From contig OZ320316.1 of NCBI GenBank assembly GCA_976226885.1, positions 87,482,001-87,546,000 of the forward strand: a stretch of 64,000 nt of DNA, given 5' to 3'. How positions within the stretch are numbered: position 1 is the stretch's first letter; the number at the start of each line of letters is the position of its first letter. This document shows positions 1 through 13,799 of this stretch, one piece after another. The stretch comes from Iphione sp. A-MEVVRFRX5. Lineage: Eukaryota. Position numbers and translations under genes: made by a program. The notes beneath the pieces are model-generated. The model was given only the letters and a program-made list of their open reading frames with translations. It did no database searches and had not been told where the DNA came from.

Positions 1-1275
1 TAGGCGATATTACTGGGGTAACTTCAAGGGCTAATATTGTCATTATGTAGGGACTGCATGTCGAAAAAATAGTTCCATTTAATCACAGAAGTTCTGGAAA
101 GAAAGAGCAAGAGACACTAAATCTGGTCAAGCCAGAAAGAGGTACATTTTATAATCAATATGTTGCATCAAAGAGGTAAGAAGTTAGCAAGAATTTTTAA
201 CGTCTCTCCATACGGGAATTATTTTGGCTATCTTAACATAAATGTATGTTTCGTAAATTTGTAATTTACTTCTAGTAGTAAATGGTTTCTTGGAAATAAA
301 ATACTAAAAAATGCAAAGTAATTGTTCTTTGCAGTACAATTCCCTATTGGGCTGTCTGCAGGGACGCGTGTTTTTTAGTTCTAACAATATTTTGATAAAG
401 TAATATGTTGATAATGTTTACTAACTAAACAGTCACTCGTGAACGGAAATGTGAGAATCTAGTCAATCAAAAACAATATTTCCTTGTTAAAAAGGGAATT
501 ACATCCATTGTGAGATGTGTAGGGATGCATTCGTTGACTTCGGAAGTTTCTTCTCTCCAGATGATTTGGATTAACACGTCCAAAAAAGGAAGATAAACAG
601 TAACTACTAATGCATATTTGTGTACGGCCATTTCAGACTATCGTAGCACTAGAAAGTCAAGTAAGATTAAATATTGCGACTAATATGATTATCGAAGTAT
701 TGTACACAGGGCATATATTAAAGTAAAGCCAGAATGTTTTGCAGGAGTTTGTATTGATTGTTTTGAAAGGTATGACCATTTAAATGCAGGAGCCACACCA
801 CATAAATTTCAGGTATGTAGGAAAGGTTGCATTCTATTTCGTCTCTAAATAAGGGGGCAAAGAGCTTTGAAGATTGTGACCCTTTGGTTTTGTGTTTCTG
901 GTATCATGATAGCAGCATATACAAGGACATATTGGAGTTGTAAACGATAAATATTAGGATTTTTTAATACACAAGCATGATCGACGATAACTTGCTAGGC
1001 CAGTTGTTTATACATATTCGGACACTGTGCAGATATGTGCCCGGGGGTTGTTGTGAGTAACTGTTAGTAAACTATCAATCAGGAGGGGGGGTCATAGATA
1101 TTACCCTCTACGGATAGTTGATGCCAGTTTTCTGGAGAGGGTCTTCAACCGGCTCTGTTGTGTTGCAGCAATCTATTTATATTGCTGTTGCTAATTTGGC
1201 TTTGACGTATTTACTAAGCATTGTGGTCCTTTACATTTTTTCATATACTGTTGACCTGCAATGCTTTTTAGAGGA

Positions 1276-1314
1276 GAATTTTACTGTACTGAATTTTACT
1301 GTACTGTTTACTGT
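1276..1314 (+). repeat. 15-bp tandem repeat gaattttactgtact x2 plus a partial copy
   Basis: Read directly at 1276-1290 and 1291-1305. Confidence 0.85.
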
Positions 1315-3717
1315 CTTAACTAACACATAACAGGCTTAGATCTACAGTCCTGGATGTACTAGATGAGTGAAAATCAAAGGATATTCAGTCAGTGAGTGAG
1401 GAGAAATGGGGCCTGAAGCCTGAGACCCTATGGTTTGGAGTCTGTGCTTGGTTTATGATAGGTGGCAGGTGGTGCCATCTTTGCAATGCCACAGCATGAC
1501 ATATGCTGTTACAAATACAAAATGTTAGATTTAGGGCCAGTGATGCAAATCTAGTGGGATGTGAGTATCATCTTTGCTCGACGCAAGATGAAAACCAATA
1601 TATGGTGTATTGTGGTTTCCTGGCGAAAAACATCTGGATTAACAGACTGGAATGAAAAACCATTGGAATTTTGTTTCATCAACAGAATAATAGCTCAGAG
1701 AAATGTTCTTTAGTATCAGATTTAATTTCCCTGTACCCATATTTCTGTGCAGCATGCTTTAGGTCTGTGTAGCATGGTGAAAGGTTTACACCATTTAATT
1801 TGCCCAAACTGCTGAAACACCATCCATGCAGTGTGTTTGGAGTGTGTTTGCCAGTTGCATCTGTGTACGTAAGCATAGTTCTCAAACGATATGTCAAAAA
1901 CATGGAGACACAGTCATGGAAAATGGAACATGTCCCTTTCCATAAGGCACTACACAAAGACATGGAACTTGCTTCATGCTACGTGGATATGTACATGCAC
2001 TCCTGCTTTTTTCTTATGTTTCCTGAAACATGCATGAACATGCTTCACAGAGACAGTGGAGCATGGAAATTAAGCCTAGCAGATATATAAAACTTAAAGT
2101 ATGTCGAAGCCATGGTTGTAGATCTCATGAGTGTGAGATCTCTTCTAAATTACTTCTTTCCTTCCATATATTTATGTTAATGCTTTTTAGAGTAATGGAC
2201 ACCAGATTATGTTTTTTGCTCGAAAAGAGTACATGAAAGAATAGAAAAAACTTACGATACTACTTCTTTTTGGTGTAGGAATAATTATTGTTAAAATCAC
2301 GGAATCTGTAATAGCGATTTTTGATATAGTGTAACAGGCAATTCTTACAGGTGCAAACTGAATGTTTATACTAATGACATTCTGAGACTGTTGGCTATCA
2401 AAGGCAGTTTATTGCTCTAAGTGATGACGCAGGGACTACCCGAACTCACTGGTATCTGCCTCTGTAAGGAGTTACCTAGAATGGAAGTCAGGGAGAAGGG
2501 AGTCAGATATAGAGACAAAGCTAAACAAAACTTGTCCTCTCTGACAACAAACAGGGAAAGTGCCAAAGGCAATTGTCTCCTGTGAAAATGTGTCTTTGGT
2601 CAGCCATATGGGAAGATGTAGTGTAACGTGAATGAAATTAGTCGTTCCAGGCTATTCCTATATCACTAAGCGCGAGTCAGTAATCATTGACCTGAAGGGG
2701 TATCTACCTAATGACCACCGTGACAGAGAAACAATCTGTAGCCATATCTAGACAGACAAAATACTAGTGAGTAATGCATCCAGAGTAGATGAGACCAGAT
2801 ATTACATTCTGATCCTTTTATATAAGGTACCCTCGTATTTTTGAGGTCCCTGTTGAGGTGTTTCAGTAACGTTTCAGTAAAGTAGTATCTCCCCGCCCCC
2901 CCCCCAAAAAAACGAAGGAAAACACGAGCGAGAGAAATCTAAAATGACTGACAATGAAGTTGACTTCAAAATGAAAAAAGAGGACTAGAATTCGATTAAA
3001 TTTGTGCGCAACGCCTATTGGCTCTCTGCTCCAAATGTGTCTGAAGCCACTGGAATCATCAATGAAATTCCAGAAATAATTGAATTCCCTTTTAAATTTC
3101 CAACCTCGAATACAGACAGCTGTCTCAGCAACTCCACAAGTTTTTTACGGTGCTTTTATCAATATCTCTCTGAAATTGCACAAGGGCCCACGTGAAGTCG
3201 TATAAATGTAAAAGATGTGAAAAAGTGTGTCGTTATAGGAGAAAAAATGGGAAATCGCCCTGCCGAAAAGGCTTTGTGGCAGTCTCCTATTTCGCAATTT
3301 ATGCACCCACCACTCTCTTTTCTGATCCTATATGTTAAGTGGCGCAGCATGCTTCATTTAAAAGATCAGATACAGAACCAAATGTTTATTTTTTTTGGCA
3401 CCCATCGGCCTCAATGTCATGGATGCCACTTTCAATTAGAGCGTATACCCAGACCAGGGACACCATTGGACATTGCCACGTATATAAAAATTGACCCGAT
3501 ACCTCCAGTGGTAAGCCCCGGTCTGACATATTGACGCTCCAGGGAGCTCACCATATTTTAGGTGACTGACAGTTGGAAACCATCCGGGACCTAAACATAC
3601 GTGGGACCCGGCTGTGTGTTATGGGTGCCCTACCCACCATAAAGGGACACCAGATCCCCCACAGTGGCGTTAGACACCACGTCAGCCTACGGCAGACCCA
3701 GTACCCCCTGGTACACA

Positions 3718-4190
3718 CTGCCAAAAAATTCTGTGTTAAGCTCGGCCATCTTGGCTGACACCGTGACCAACTGTGAATCCAAAATTAAAAATTAAATATT
3801 AAAGGTGCCTGATGAGACAACTATGTCGAAACCGTAAAGAGCAATCTTGATACATATGTCAAGATTAATAATTGTCAATCTAAGACAAAAGCCAATTTTG
3901 TCTACAATGACATCACAATAGGCATGGAACAGTAACCAAAACGACCCATGCTGCATTCTCTCCTCTCCCTGCCAACTGGGTTCCAAGCCAACTGTTTCAC
4001 TCACTTGAAGCAACAACAGACACGGTTGCACCACGACGATCACGCTAGCCACGTCTATATCGACAGAACCAAATGTTTAAGCCTGATGTTACCCAGTTCA
4101 GATACATATATATTTCAACTGATTTTCACACGTTAGCATGGAAGGCGTCTTGCCATTTTGGCTAACATGTCGTAGTACTATCAGACCAAA
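3718..4190 (+). mobile_element. Highly decayed LINE RT relic
   Basis: PKNSVLSS...NC.SK...ILKVPDETTM (compare PQGSVLSP...KFADDTT), FCLQ.H....TKT, VTQFRYI and TCRSTIRP occur in the expected order with frameshifts. Manual recognition only. Confidence 0.45.
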
Positions 4191-6946
4191 GAAAAACACA
4201 GTGGAAACCACACTCCTGAAAGACCACGATGTGGACATCACTACGTAGCCTGTGTAACAGTACAAAAAATCAGTTTCCACGCTAAATTTTGACTACAAAG
4301 TGGACAAGACCTGAAATCTTGAAGCTTTGCTCAGAAAAAAACGACTGTCCGCAATCTGGTGTTCTACTGTTTTTGTATGATACACGCGATTTAGGCATTT
4401 GTGCATCGTGCTGTGGTATTGAGGAATAGCTTAGACGTGCACACGTTCCTAAATCCTCATCGAAGAAAACTTTCTTGCTTTCAGCAGCAAATTTTATTTA
4501 GGAGCAGCCATAAAAAACTGTCATCACGCAAGTCATGCCAGGAACGGCCAGTTCAATTCAGGCATGATGGAGTCTAAATTTAGAAGGTGAGAGCAGAAAT
4601 TACACTGTGTAAAAATGTCGCATCTTAAAAAGGGATCGTAAACTTAAAACCAATCGGCCATACTGACCTTAACCTGAGCTTGCATACTGTTTGATACCTT
4701 TTCTCTGTGATATTTCAACATATAAAGGGTAAATGGGGTTTCTTTTTTTCAGTGTTGACGTCTGCTCACTCGTGACAAACCAACGACCTGGTACAGAATC
4801 GATGAAATTTGATCTACGCGAGTCATTTTTTAAAGCTGATCTTTTTCCTCTTTAAGAGGCAACTTGTCCAAGTAAATTACCATAAATAATCGTACTTCAC
4901 GCCAGACACGCTAAAAACGGAACGACAAAAATACTTCCCAAAGAAGAGGACAGGTTCACAAAACGAGCATGGTGTGAGTATTGCGTACCATTCCAAGACA
5001 AGGGTGAAAAAAGTTACCAAGTCAAGTTGATTCATGTTATTTTTATTGCAGGAATCATTGGGAAAAAATGCACGACAGGCACGGTGATTGTGGGGTTCGT
5101 TCAAAGAAGTGTTGTCAGATAAAGAACGATCACATAACATGTTTATCTGTATTTTCAATTACGACGATCAGTTGGGCCGATGTTAAGATGTAGTGCAGAC
5201 TAAAAGGACGTACCTGTCTGTCGTGTACACTATATCCCGAAACAGTACAAGATACTTCTGTACCATACAGGCATAACATGTTAATGTCTCAAACATACTA
5301 CCGACTCCTTAGTGTAATATTTCATTTCCACATATCTACCATGTGTGGATATTTCATCTTCTAGATTTTATATTGAGGAGAGAATTACAATGAATTCATT
5401 ACATGTATATTCTTTACAATGAATGTACATCGGAATTTCACAAATGTATAAAGGCATGGGCCTTATATATTGAAAACCCTGTGGAATGCAAGTGCTTGAA
5501 TCTGTGAATTCCTGCTTTACAATATTATCTGGATGAATCACGGTTCGTCCGTTTGCCCTCATGCGTGAACGCTTTTAACCCAGACCACTCTAATTGCCTT
5601 GTCGCATCTACATAGCCTTTTAGGCGGCTGTCCATTGGTAGGTAACTTTTCGATGTGAACGCAGGTCATGTAGGGCCACGAACCCTGGAAGGCTTATTGC
5701 TGCGGTCTGTCCATATGATTATTTGCGCTTTTTTACTATCTGCCTCACTCCTAGGGGCGTAGGGGACCTGGAGGCTGTCTGGTGACAAGAGCAGGCTGGA
5801 ACACCTGTAATGTTCCTTTCCTCTCTGAGATGGCTTCACTATGGTTCCCCGTTTGTATCTGTTTTACTTCAGGCATTGCTGAACAAAGTTACAGTGATAT
5901 TACATAATTTGTCACAGATTTGCGGTGAACGTCTAGTAAAAGTAATATTTCATAAGAAGAAACAATTATTTACTATCTGTTATAAATGTGATGAGTGCGA
6001 TTTTCTATCTAAATATTGAAAATATAGTTTCTTCTTTGCATAGTCCCATAGAATTACAATATCTAAGGCACCCGGTGACTTCAATGAGTTGCCCTGCATT
6101 GAAGTGGGCCCTCGATAACAAATAAGATTTTCAAGTGTTTTACAGTGATGAGTGTGCATATGCTAACAGTGTTTAAAGACGTATAAATGGTGTGAGAGTT
6201 GTGCCTTTCATACGGCGCATCGTATTCTCTACAACACCATGTTAGCCTCTCCTCCTCTAAAAAGAAACAAAAGAAAAAGAGGTAAGAAAATAATTCTCAT
6301 CTCGTTGGGGAGTAAAACTCATAATACTCATAATACTTTTTGTTCGCCTGGCTGTGATCATCTGTGTTCAATTAGTATCATCCACACAGTGACCAGTGGA
6401 CCACTTTTTTCAGTGTGGATCAAATATTTTGTCTAAAAGTTTGGTCACTTTCACCCAAATGGTCAATATATTTACTACGGTGGTCCATCTTTGCTTGGAG
6501 TATGAATAAATGAACATTCCTTCTCCTCTTTCCCCTCTTTTTCCCTCAGGGTCAACACAAATATTCCTGGGTCACAATAATTTTAGCATGCTTGACCGAA
6601 ACTATGAAGGTCGAACACTGGCTTTAGATAAACATGATCCCTGACTTTTTAAAAATATACATCTGCCTCTTCCCTCCGTCTCAACCGTTCACTGGATACA
6701 AAAGTCTGCAAACACTCAAACACTCCTAGGCACATGAGGATTTCAAACTCCTCTCTGTGACATTATCCGCCACCAGATAAGACGATTAACAAAGTTCATG
6801 TTTCTAACGAAGTGTCTGTCACCTGCTTTGAATCTTTCAAATGTATAAAGGTACACCAGATAGTGTGAGTGATTATCTGTTCATTTGATCATGAATGTAC
6901 ATAGTAAAATAATTGATGATGAATAAAACAAAGCATGCATATTGTA

Positions 6947-7050
6947 GCAGAGTGTGGCACAGTGATGCCCCGGTGCAGAGTGTGGCATGTGCTGTGCAGC
7001 ACTGTGAAGTGCCGGGGCAGAGTGTGACACTGCAGGGCTCCCGGGGGCTA
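6947..7050 (+). repeat. Short imperfect direct-repeat cluster (3 x gcagagtgtg(g/a)ca)
   Basis: Copies start at 6947, 6975 and 7017. Confidence 0.7.
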
Positions 7051-7653
7051 TATAAGGACAGGCCCCAGGGGTCCGTACTGTTCTGGGTGGGAACCTTTGC
7101 TTGTGTTTGTGCATGACCAGATTGTTCTTCATCAATAAACCACTCATTCTACAACACTCGAGTCATGTCAGTACATCACCGTGGTGGACGCTATAATATG
7201 AACTATTAGACTGTTGTAGTAATCATACCTCTTATTGCACAGTGAGGAGCCAGCTAGTTCTTGAAGGCCGAATGCTGCCTGAGGTCCTTCCCAGGCAGAA
7301 GCTAATGATACCTGAAGGCACTCACTTTGAAATGACGGATGGTGCCTGAAGGGAATAGAGATTACAGTGGGATTCAGAGCACGCTTTCCTCATAGTTACA
7401 GTGGCAACTGACTCTTTGGGCCACTGTTTCAGGAGGCGAACTTAAAACTAATGGCAGCAATTCAGTCCTGGTACCATATAATATATAAGGAAAACAACCC
7501 ATTTAATAGGGGCTCTTAATCAAGGATAGAAATAGTTGTTCCCCCAATGGCCATTTTGAAGGATTTTTAGTGTGTAATATTTTGGACAAATACCTTACTC
7601 TCTTTCAGCTGTTTGCAACGATTTCATGATGATCATTTATATTATCCTCTTTC

Positions 7654-8331
7654 GGCCGCTTTGTTTACCTGCATTGAAGTGTGTTCCCCTGAGTTTGCAA
7701 TCCATGTGTGTTAACCTGTGTTTTACACATGTTTTACTTTCAGGGAGAGGGGTGTCCTTTGGCCCTCCATTAATCCTCCATGAAAACAGCAATAATGATG
7801 GGGAAAGGACAGAAAAAGACAAATATAATGTTAAAAGCTGTGAAAAGCAGCAAAATGATGGGAAAATGATGAAAGAGGATGAATATGATTCTAAAAGCCA
7901 CAAAGAATAGTGAAGATGATGGGGAATATTATGAAAAAGGAAGGATTTGATCCAAACAGCTGTGAAAAATGGTGAAAATAACAAGAAAATAGATGAAACA
8001 GGACAGACTTGTGCATATATGTATGTAAATGTGCACAAATACGTATAATTGATGTGTAGAAATGGGTAAATGTGGGTAGCTGCGCCCATTTTCACCTGCT
8101 ACAAAGCCTTTTTTCTGTATCTTACCGTCCATTCACATCGGTGTTCATTAAATTATTGGCCAGGGTCCATTAATGATCAACAGATGCCTAATGCAGCTCA
8201 ATGCACCAGAATGCACATGGATGTGTATGATACCCTTCATTGAAATGAACATGATCATAAAAAATGCATCTCAATACACCAAAGATGCACCCAAAACACA
8301 AGAATACCAATGCAGGTAAGGAAACTGGCCC
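7654..8331. mobile_element. Second copy of the same TTAA-flanked MITE family, in opposite orientation
   Basis: TIRs ggccgctttgtttacctgcattg ... caatgcaggtaaggaaactggccc followed by TTAA (8332-8335); the left TSD is decayed. Blocks ~7660-7900 and ~8150-8290 align by eye to the reverse complement of ~13580-13800 and ~13040-13190. Confidence 0.65.
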
Positions 8332-8503
8332 TTAAGAAGGTTACTTTATAATACAGCCTAGCCCTATTATATGCACATAAAAAAAAACTCAATGCACCAA
8401 AAATGGACCAAACATGCACCAGAAACACAAGGACACCAATGCAGGTAAGGAATCCGGCTCTTAAGGAGATAACTTTATAATATAGCCCAGCCCTATAATA
8501 TAC
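8270..8503 (+). repeat. Imperfect tandem duplication (~120 bp) of the MITE right end plus flank
   Basis: ctcaat.cacca...caatgcaggtaaggaa..gg..cttaag.ag.t.actttataata.agcc.agccctat occurs at ~8270-8372 and again at ~8388-8503. Confidence 0.8.
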
Positions 8504-11500
8504 GATGTATAGATAACTGTCTTAGTCCTTATGTAGCTTGCCGATTTGACCATCCAGTCAAGGCAGCCAGACAGGCAGACGAAGGGGTTCCCCACAATAA
8601 AAAGGCACAACAAGAGTAACTGCTTCCATACAATGTCACACTTGATGGATGCTCCGACTAGCCACTCCATAATTCAGGTGCCACTGTAATGTTCACTGTC
8701 GTGAATGGTCTTATCGATGAGTCAGTCGGGGCCTGAGGGTCCCAGGTCCTCTTGTCCAGGGACTTGACTTGGCTCGTCGGTCACGCTCATCCCGCCGTCT
8801 TCAGTGCATGTCTCTATGCTGATGTTGTTGAATTCAGCATGTTTTGGGTTGAAAAGATATCAGGATATCAGATAATAAGAGTGATGGGCTATGTCTTTGT
8901 CTGGCCACAAGTGCTTGACATATTTGAGCGCTTTATTCAAGAAGGCCGTTCATAACTTGCATGTGCAAAAAATCTCTCGTGTCTGATCAAAAACGAATGT
9001 GATGCGTCATTTCATTGTTGTTACCTAAGCCGTTGTTTTTCTCATTCTGCTGACTTGTAAGGTTGCACCGGGACTGCATTGTCTCATCCACACCGCATGA
9101 ACCTGGAGAAAATGACTGTACTGTAGCTCAATCTAGCACTGTTTCTTAGACTAGGTCCTTGTGCTGCGTTGCTATAATTACATTTCTCAATGCTTAAACA
9201 TACAATGACATTTTTGGACAAACACCAAAACCGACCCTCCTAGCACAGTGCAAATCAGCCACATTGTCCGCGCTTTGAACTGATCCATGCATGTCATTTT
9301 GACTAGGCACAAGACATTGAACCTTTCCGATATGTTATAGAGTTCGTCACAAATGGATTTGACCGTAAAATACTGTTCCTATCCTTTAACATCAGACATA
9401 AAACTGTAAAGTTGTGAACATTAACGAACACCTTATTTATTCATTTGACTGAAATATTTATTCGTTGTCACTTGTATGTGATTAATACACATTCTTTGAC
9501 AAAAATTATCCAACACAAACCGAATTCGCGTTTTTACTCATTTGAGGCATTTCAATTCTACTGAGCAGAACTGAATTGTTGTATTGCATGTACATGTATA
9601 TTGTATTGGATTCAGACATACCGAACCATTTATCAATACCGACCAGAAAAGGTAGGTAAAAATAAAAAAAAAAACAATGAAAAGATGCAACTTGCTACCA
9701 GGAAAATATACGTGCCGCCGTCCTTTTGTAGGCAATGGCAATCTTGGTCTCGTTTTTGTGTCTGCTGGCTCTCTCCAACCCAACACGTCCGTAATCCCCC
9801 AAAACATTCCCCTACGTATTCCAGACAGCGACCATTATTGCCTCGTTCCGGTCTTGCTGTTGGGCGTGGCCATCGAGATGCAACCGGACCGGCACGCGAC
9901 CAGACTGAAGCAACAGAGGCAACATGACTTAGCTTTTCTGCCTCAATTATGGCCGAGTACTAGACCGTGTTGATGACTGCAGGCTGCCCACTGCAACTGC
10001 CACCGGTAGGCTTGGGGCGATTTCAGATGAGATGCATGCTCGGCCACGTACACGGCTATTTACAAACCTCGGCCTCGCTGAATACTGTGGTTATGACCCG
10101 GAGAACCCTGCCCTTTCCCACCCACTTGCTTTGCATCAGCGACCATTCTGATGACTTTTCGTCCGGGCTGGCAGAGACCAGACGACCATGAACCCAGCAC
10201 CCTGTCTTTTTTTTTAGTTTAGAATGTTGTGGTTTCTTAAATGTAAAATGTACAGATTGAGTAAGCACGATATAAATAGGTAGGAGGGGTTTGCGGTCCA
10301 CACACAATAGAAAGCATAACATATAATAAAGGATTTTTCACAATCGCATTTCAAGCTTGAATTTTGCTTACTCGATGTGACTTTCCAAAGAAAACTCTGT
10401 TGTACATGAATCTATTTAAACTTTGCGTTATTTATCTGTGCATTTCACTTGGTATTAATCTTAATTGGAGCAGCATTTTCCTGTCGGGAGAAACTTGTCT
10501 TGATTTGATTATGTATTCGCGGGCTCAACTGCAAAACGGGAGCACTCAAATTAAGTCAGGGGTACTTGTCTTTTAAGTTCTTTCATTTTATCAATATTTC
10601 ATAGTCTCTATCTGAACCTGGAATCAATATTTGACAGTGCGTCATTTAACACGAATTAACCGCTTGTGTAGCGCGGACTAAATACCGGTATCTTCGTTCA
10701 AAAATTGCTGTTATCGAATAGTTATACTCTGACAAACAGATGGTTTTAAAAAAGAGCCATAAGAAAATTTCGACGGATAATCTAGGTTTTATGCATTTAA
10801 GCAAAAGTCACTGAGTACTTCTACTATTCGAGCAACAGCCGACCAAATTGGATGAAATGTTGTTTCTTGGATTGTTACTTTCCTGATAACTTCAAATTAA
10901 TATAATTAATGTGCGTCAAATGACCATTGGATACCAATTAAACGCCTCTGTAAAGTTCGTCGGAAGGGTCCCATGGAAATTCTCAACGGCATATGTTTTT
11001 GCCATGATAACGACAGCGTATATTACGTAGGAATTATGGACTTCTCTATTTTTGAATTCCGAGAGCCTTTATGTGCATCGTCAGATGTTTTAAACTAAAG
11101 TGTAAAAGTAATGGACTCGTCTTGGGACCGATTAAAGTAGCCAGTGGGGACAATAAGCCTCATCTCGGCGGTGCCTTCAAGCGAATCTACGTCGTAATCA
11201 TCAGCGCGTACTTAATTAATAGATTCTAGATGATCATATTGTGTGTTTTTGTGACTGGAGTAGGATTTTACCGCAGCTTCTCATGTGCCCCGCGATCTAT
11301 ACCTTCAGCAAAAGTGTAGTGAATCGGAGAGTATTTTTAGGCCAGACAAGAGTCACGTCTGATGTCAGTTCTTATTTTAGAATGTCAGAAAAAATTACTC
11401 TAAGGCGGCTTTCATATGCAGACGTAGCATGTGCTGCGTACTGCGTACTGAACACTGCTCACTTTTTTGCCCACCCCTCTATTTAAAGTGAACCCTTTCA

Positions 11501-12002
11501 TATGCACGCAAGCTGCGTACGGTGTAAATAAGAATAAACTAGGATAATTTTGTATGACAATGCTACCCAAGATACACACAAAACTAAATGAAAAGTTACA
11601 TAGGACAAAAGAGAATAGGAAATGATGCTGGGCTTAATATTAGAGAGATTAAGACCCACTTGTGCATGCATTTCGAAAAAAATGTGTGTATGAAGCTTAT
11701 ATATGTTTTAATTGTCATCTTTTCTTAACAAATTGTATGCCCACATGCACTTGCACATAATAAGGGTCTCACACATACGGTGTTTGTAATTAGAAGTCCC
11801 ATTCTTCAGCTATCACAAATCCGTTTGAGCATGATTTTGTAAAACTCTAGCTGGATTTATTTTCAATCAAATGTGTGCAACGATTACACACAACCTGCAA
11901 AATCAGCCGCTTTTAGCCAAATTCTTGCACACTTGGCGCAAATTACACAGAACCTATTCATTTTCATCAATGCATAAATGGATGTATATGCATTTATATA
12001 TA

Positions 12003-12179
12003 CAGGCGAAACTCTATTTCCGACCACACCTTGGGGCCAAGCTCAACTGGTCGTATTGACAAATTTGGTCGTAAATTGATCGCAATTCCCATGGAACGTA
12101 TGACTTTTGTTCCCATCTGAAATGGTCGGAAATGGGATATGGTCGTAAATTGATGCGATCGTAAATAGATTCTCCACTG
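12003..12179. mobile_element. TA-flanked MITE (Tc1/mariner-pogo-like), copy 1
   Basis: TA at 12001-12002 and 12180-12181. TIRs caggcgaaactctatttccgacc / gatcgtaaatagattctccactg. 177 bp. Confidence 0.8.
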
Positions 12180-12729
12180 TACAGTATACCATTTCCCGAA
12201 CAAAAATGCACGTATGTATACATGGAAGCCCACCTATCTGTTTCAGGCTTATCCACAAACAGACGTTTGCACAGACAACCCCCCACCAGACACACGCAAA
12301 TACACATGGGTACAAGTCGAGTGAGTCTAACTGGGAAAATGTATGTGAAAATATCAAAATGTTAGCAGAATGTGGTAAACCTTAGAGAAATGGGCAAGAA
12401 TTGTTCAAAAGTTACAAGATTCTGGCCCATATATGTATGTGTACATACATGTATACATTCCATGGAAACCCACCTGAAGACCAACAAACCTGGGAAACCT
12501 ACCTTTGAGAATAACTAATACCCTGGGGGTTCAAACACTAACATTAATTTTAGTGTTTCATGTCAAGGGGGAGACAAAATATTGTCTTCTATTTACTTCA
12601 GCTCAATTGCAGTTTATCCTCGTTCACTACTGCTCCTTTTTAAGGAGTCTATTCTCCTCCAGGTGTAAAGCCCCAGCAGGGAGGACAACTGTGAATATTT
12701 CATTATGTATGAAACACACATTAGATATA

Positions 12730-12907
12730 CAGTCAAAACTCTATTTACGACTGCATCGATTTACAACCAAATCCCATTTACAACCATTTAAGCTATGAAC
12801 CAAAGTATTGATCTCTATAATTAACAATTATCGGCTTACAGCCAATTTCACCAATGCGACCACTTCAGCTGGGAACCAAGTGGTGGTCGCAAATAGGATC
12901 TTGACTG
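12730..12907. mobile_element. TA-flanked MITE, copy 2 (inverted relative to copy 1)
   Basis: TA at 12728-12729 and 12908-12909. Starts cagtcaaaactctatttacgac, ends gtcgcaaataggatcttgactg. Aligns by eye along its length to the reverse complement of 12003-12179. 178 bp. Confidence 0.8.
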
Positions 12908-13013
12908 TACTGTGTTGAAATGACTGCTTTATTTCTAGTTTCTAGACATTGATCGGTGTCATTTCCCTCAGTTATCTGATATTCCTTCACACTGTAGAAT
13001 GTAATGTGATTAA

Positions 13014-13799
13014 GGCTAAGTTTCTGTACGTTCATTTTCCATCCATGTGCATTGGGCTGCATTTTTCATGAGCATGTTGATTTCAATGATGGGTGTTCCT
13101 TACCTGTGTGTGCATTATGGTGCATTGGGGTGTGTTAGTCATCTGTTGTTTAGTAATGAACACTGCCTGATACTTTAATGCACATGGATGCAAACAGATT
13201 GTAGTATAGAGGATATATCGTTTAGGTGCTGTTCACATACAGCCAGACTTTTCCGTTCTGCGTCCACACACGGGTGTGGATTTTTATCCAGCCTGCCCTT
13301 ACCACTATAGGCATTCACATACATACAGGTTTTTCTGTGTCTACACACGGGTGCGGAATTCTATCCAAAAATCATGGAAAAATCTGCACCCAGATGTGGA
13401 TTTCCATAGCATGCAATGTTAAAGAAACATTTGCTAGCCATGTGTAACCAATTAACAGCCTTCTCTGCAGGGGTTTTTGTCTGCACCCGTGTACAGGTGT
13501 GGATTTTCCATCCGGCTGTATGCGAACAGTGCCTTACTCATGATATTTGCCATTTTACATGGCTTTTACCATCAAGCACATCCTCTTGTATCATTTTTGT
13601 TGTAATTTTCACTGTTTTTCATGGCTTTTAGCATCAAATTTGTCCCTTTTCATAGATTTCATGCAGACTCGCCCAGACTCAATGCAGCCTCAAAAGACAT
13701 CCCCATCTCTGAGGTTGTGTGACAGCAAAATGCATGTAAAATGCATGCTAATGTACGCAGAAGGCAAACCCAGAGGAACGCAGGTATGGAAACTGGGCC
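13014..13799. mobile_element. Non-autonomous TTAA-flanked DNA element (Kolobok-like MITE) carrying a nested MITE
   Basis: TTAA at 13010-13013 and 13800-13803. GG...CC termini with imperfect TIRs (ggctaagtttctgtac / gcaggtatggaaactgggcc). The internal sequence is an inverted homolog of 7654-8331. Superfamily assignment is inferred from the TTAA target and RR termini. Confidence 0.7.
13225..13533. mobile_element. PIF/Harbinger-type MITE (TTA target duplication), nested in the TTAA element
   Basis: TTA at 13222-13224 and 13534-13536. TIRs ggtgctgttcacatacagcc / ggctgtatgcgaacagtgcc. Internal repeats of acacacgggtg.gga. Confidence 0.8.

Noticed and set aside
6517-6640. Very strong orphan 3' splice site (long pyrimidine tract ending ctcag at 6549)
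   Set aside because: All downstream frames close quickly, with no recognisable product or partner exon. It may be a non-coding exon but this cannot be supported here.
9735-9794. Signal-peptide-like mini ORF MAILVSFLCLLALSNPTRP* after an acceptor-like site, as an alternative PVF first exon
   Set aside because: It stops after 19 codons and the nearby GT sites are phase 1 or 2, which does not fit the phase-0 acceptor at 42529.
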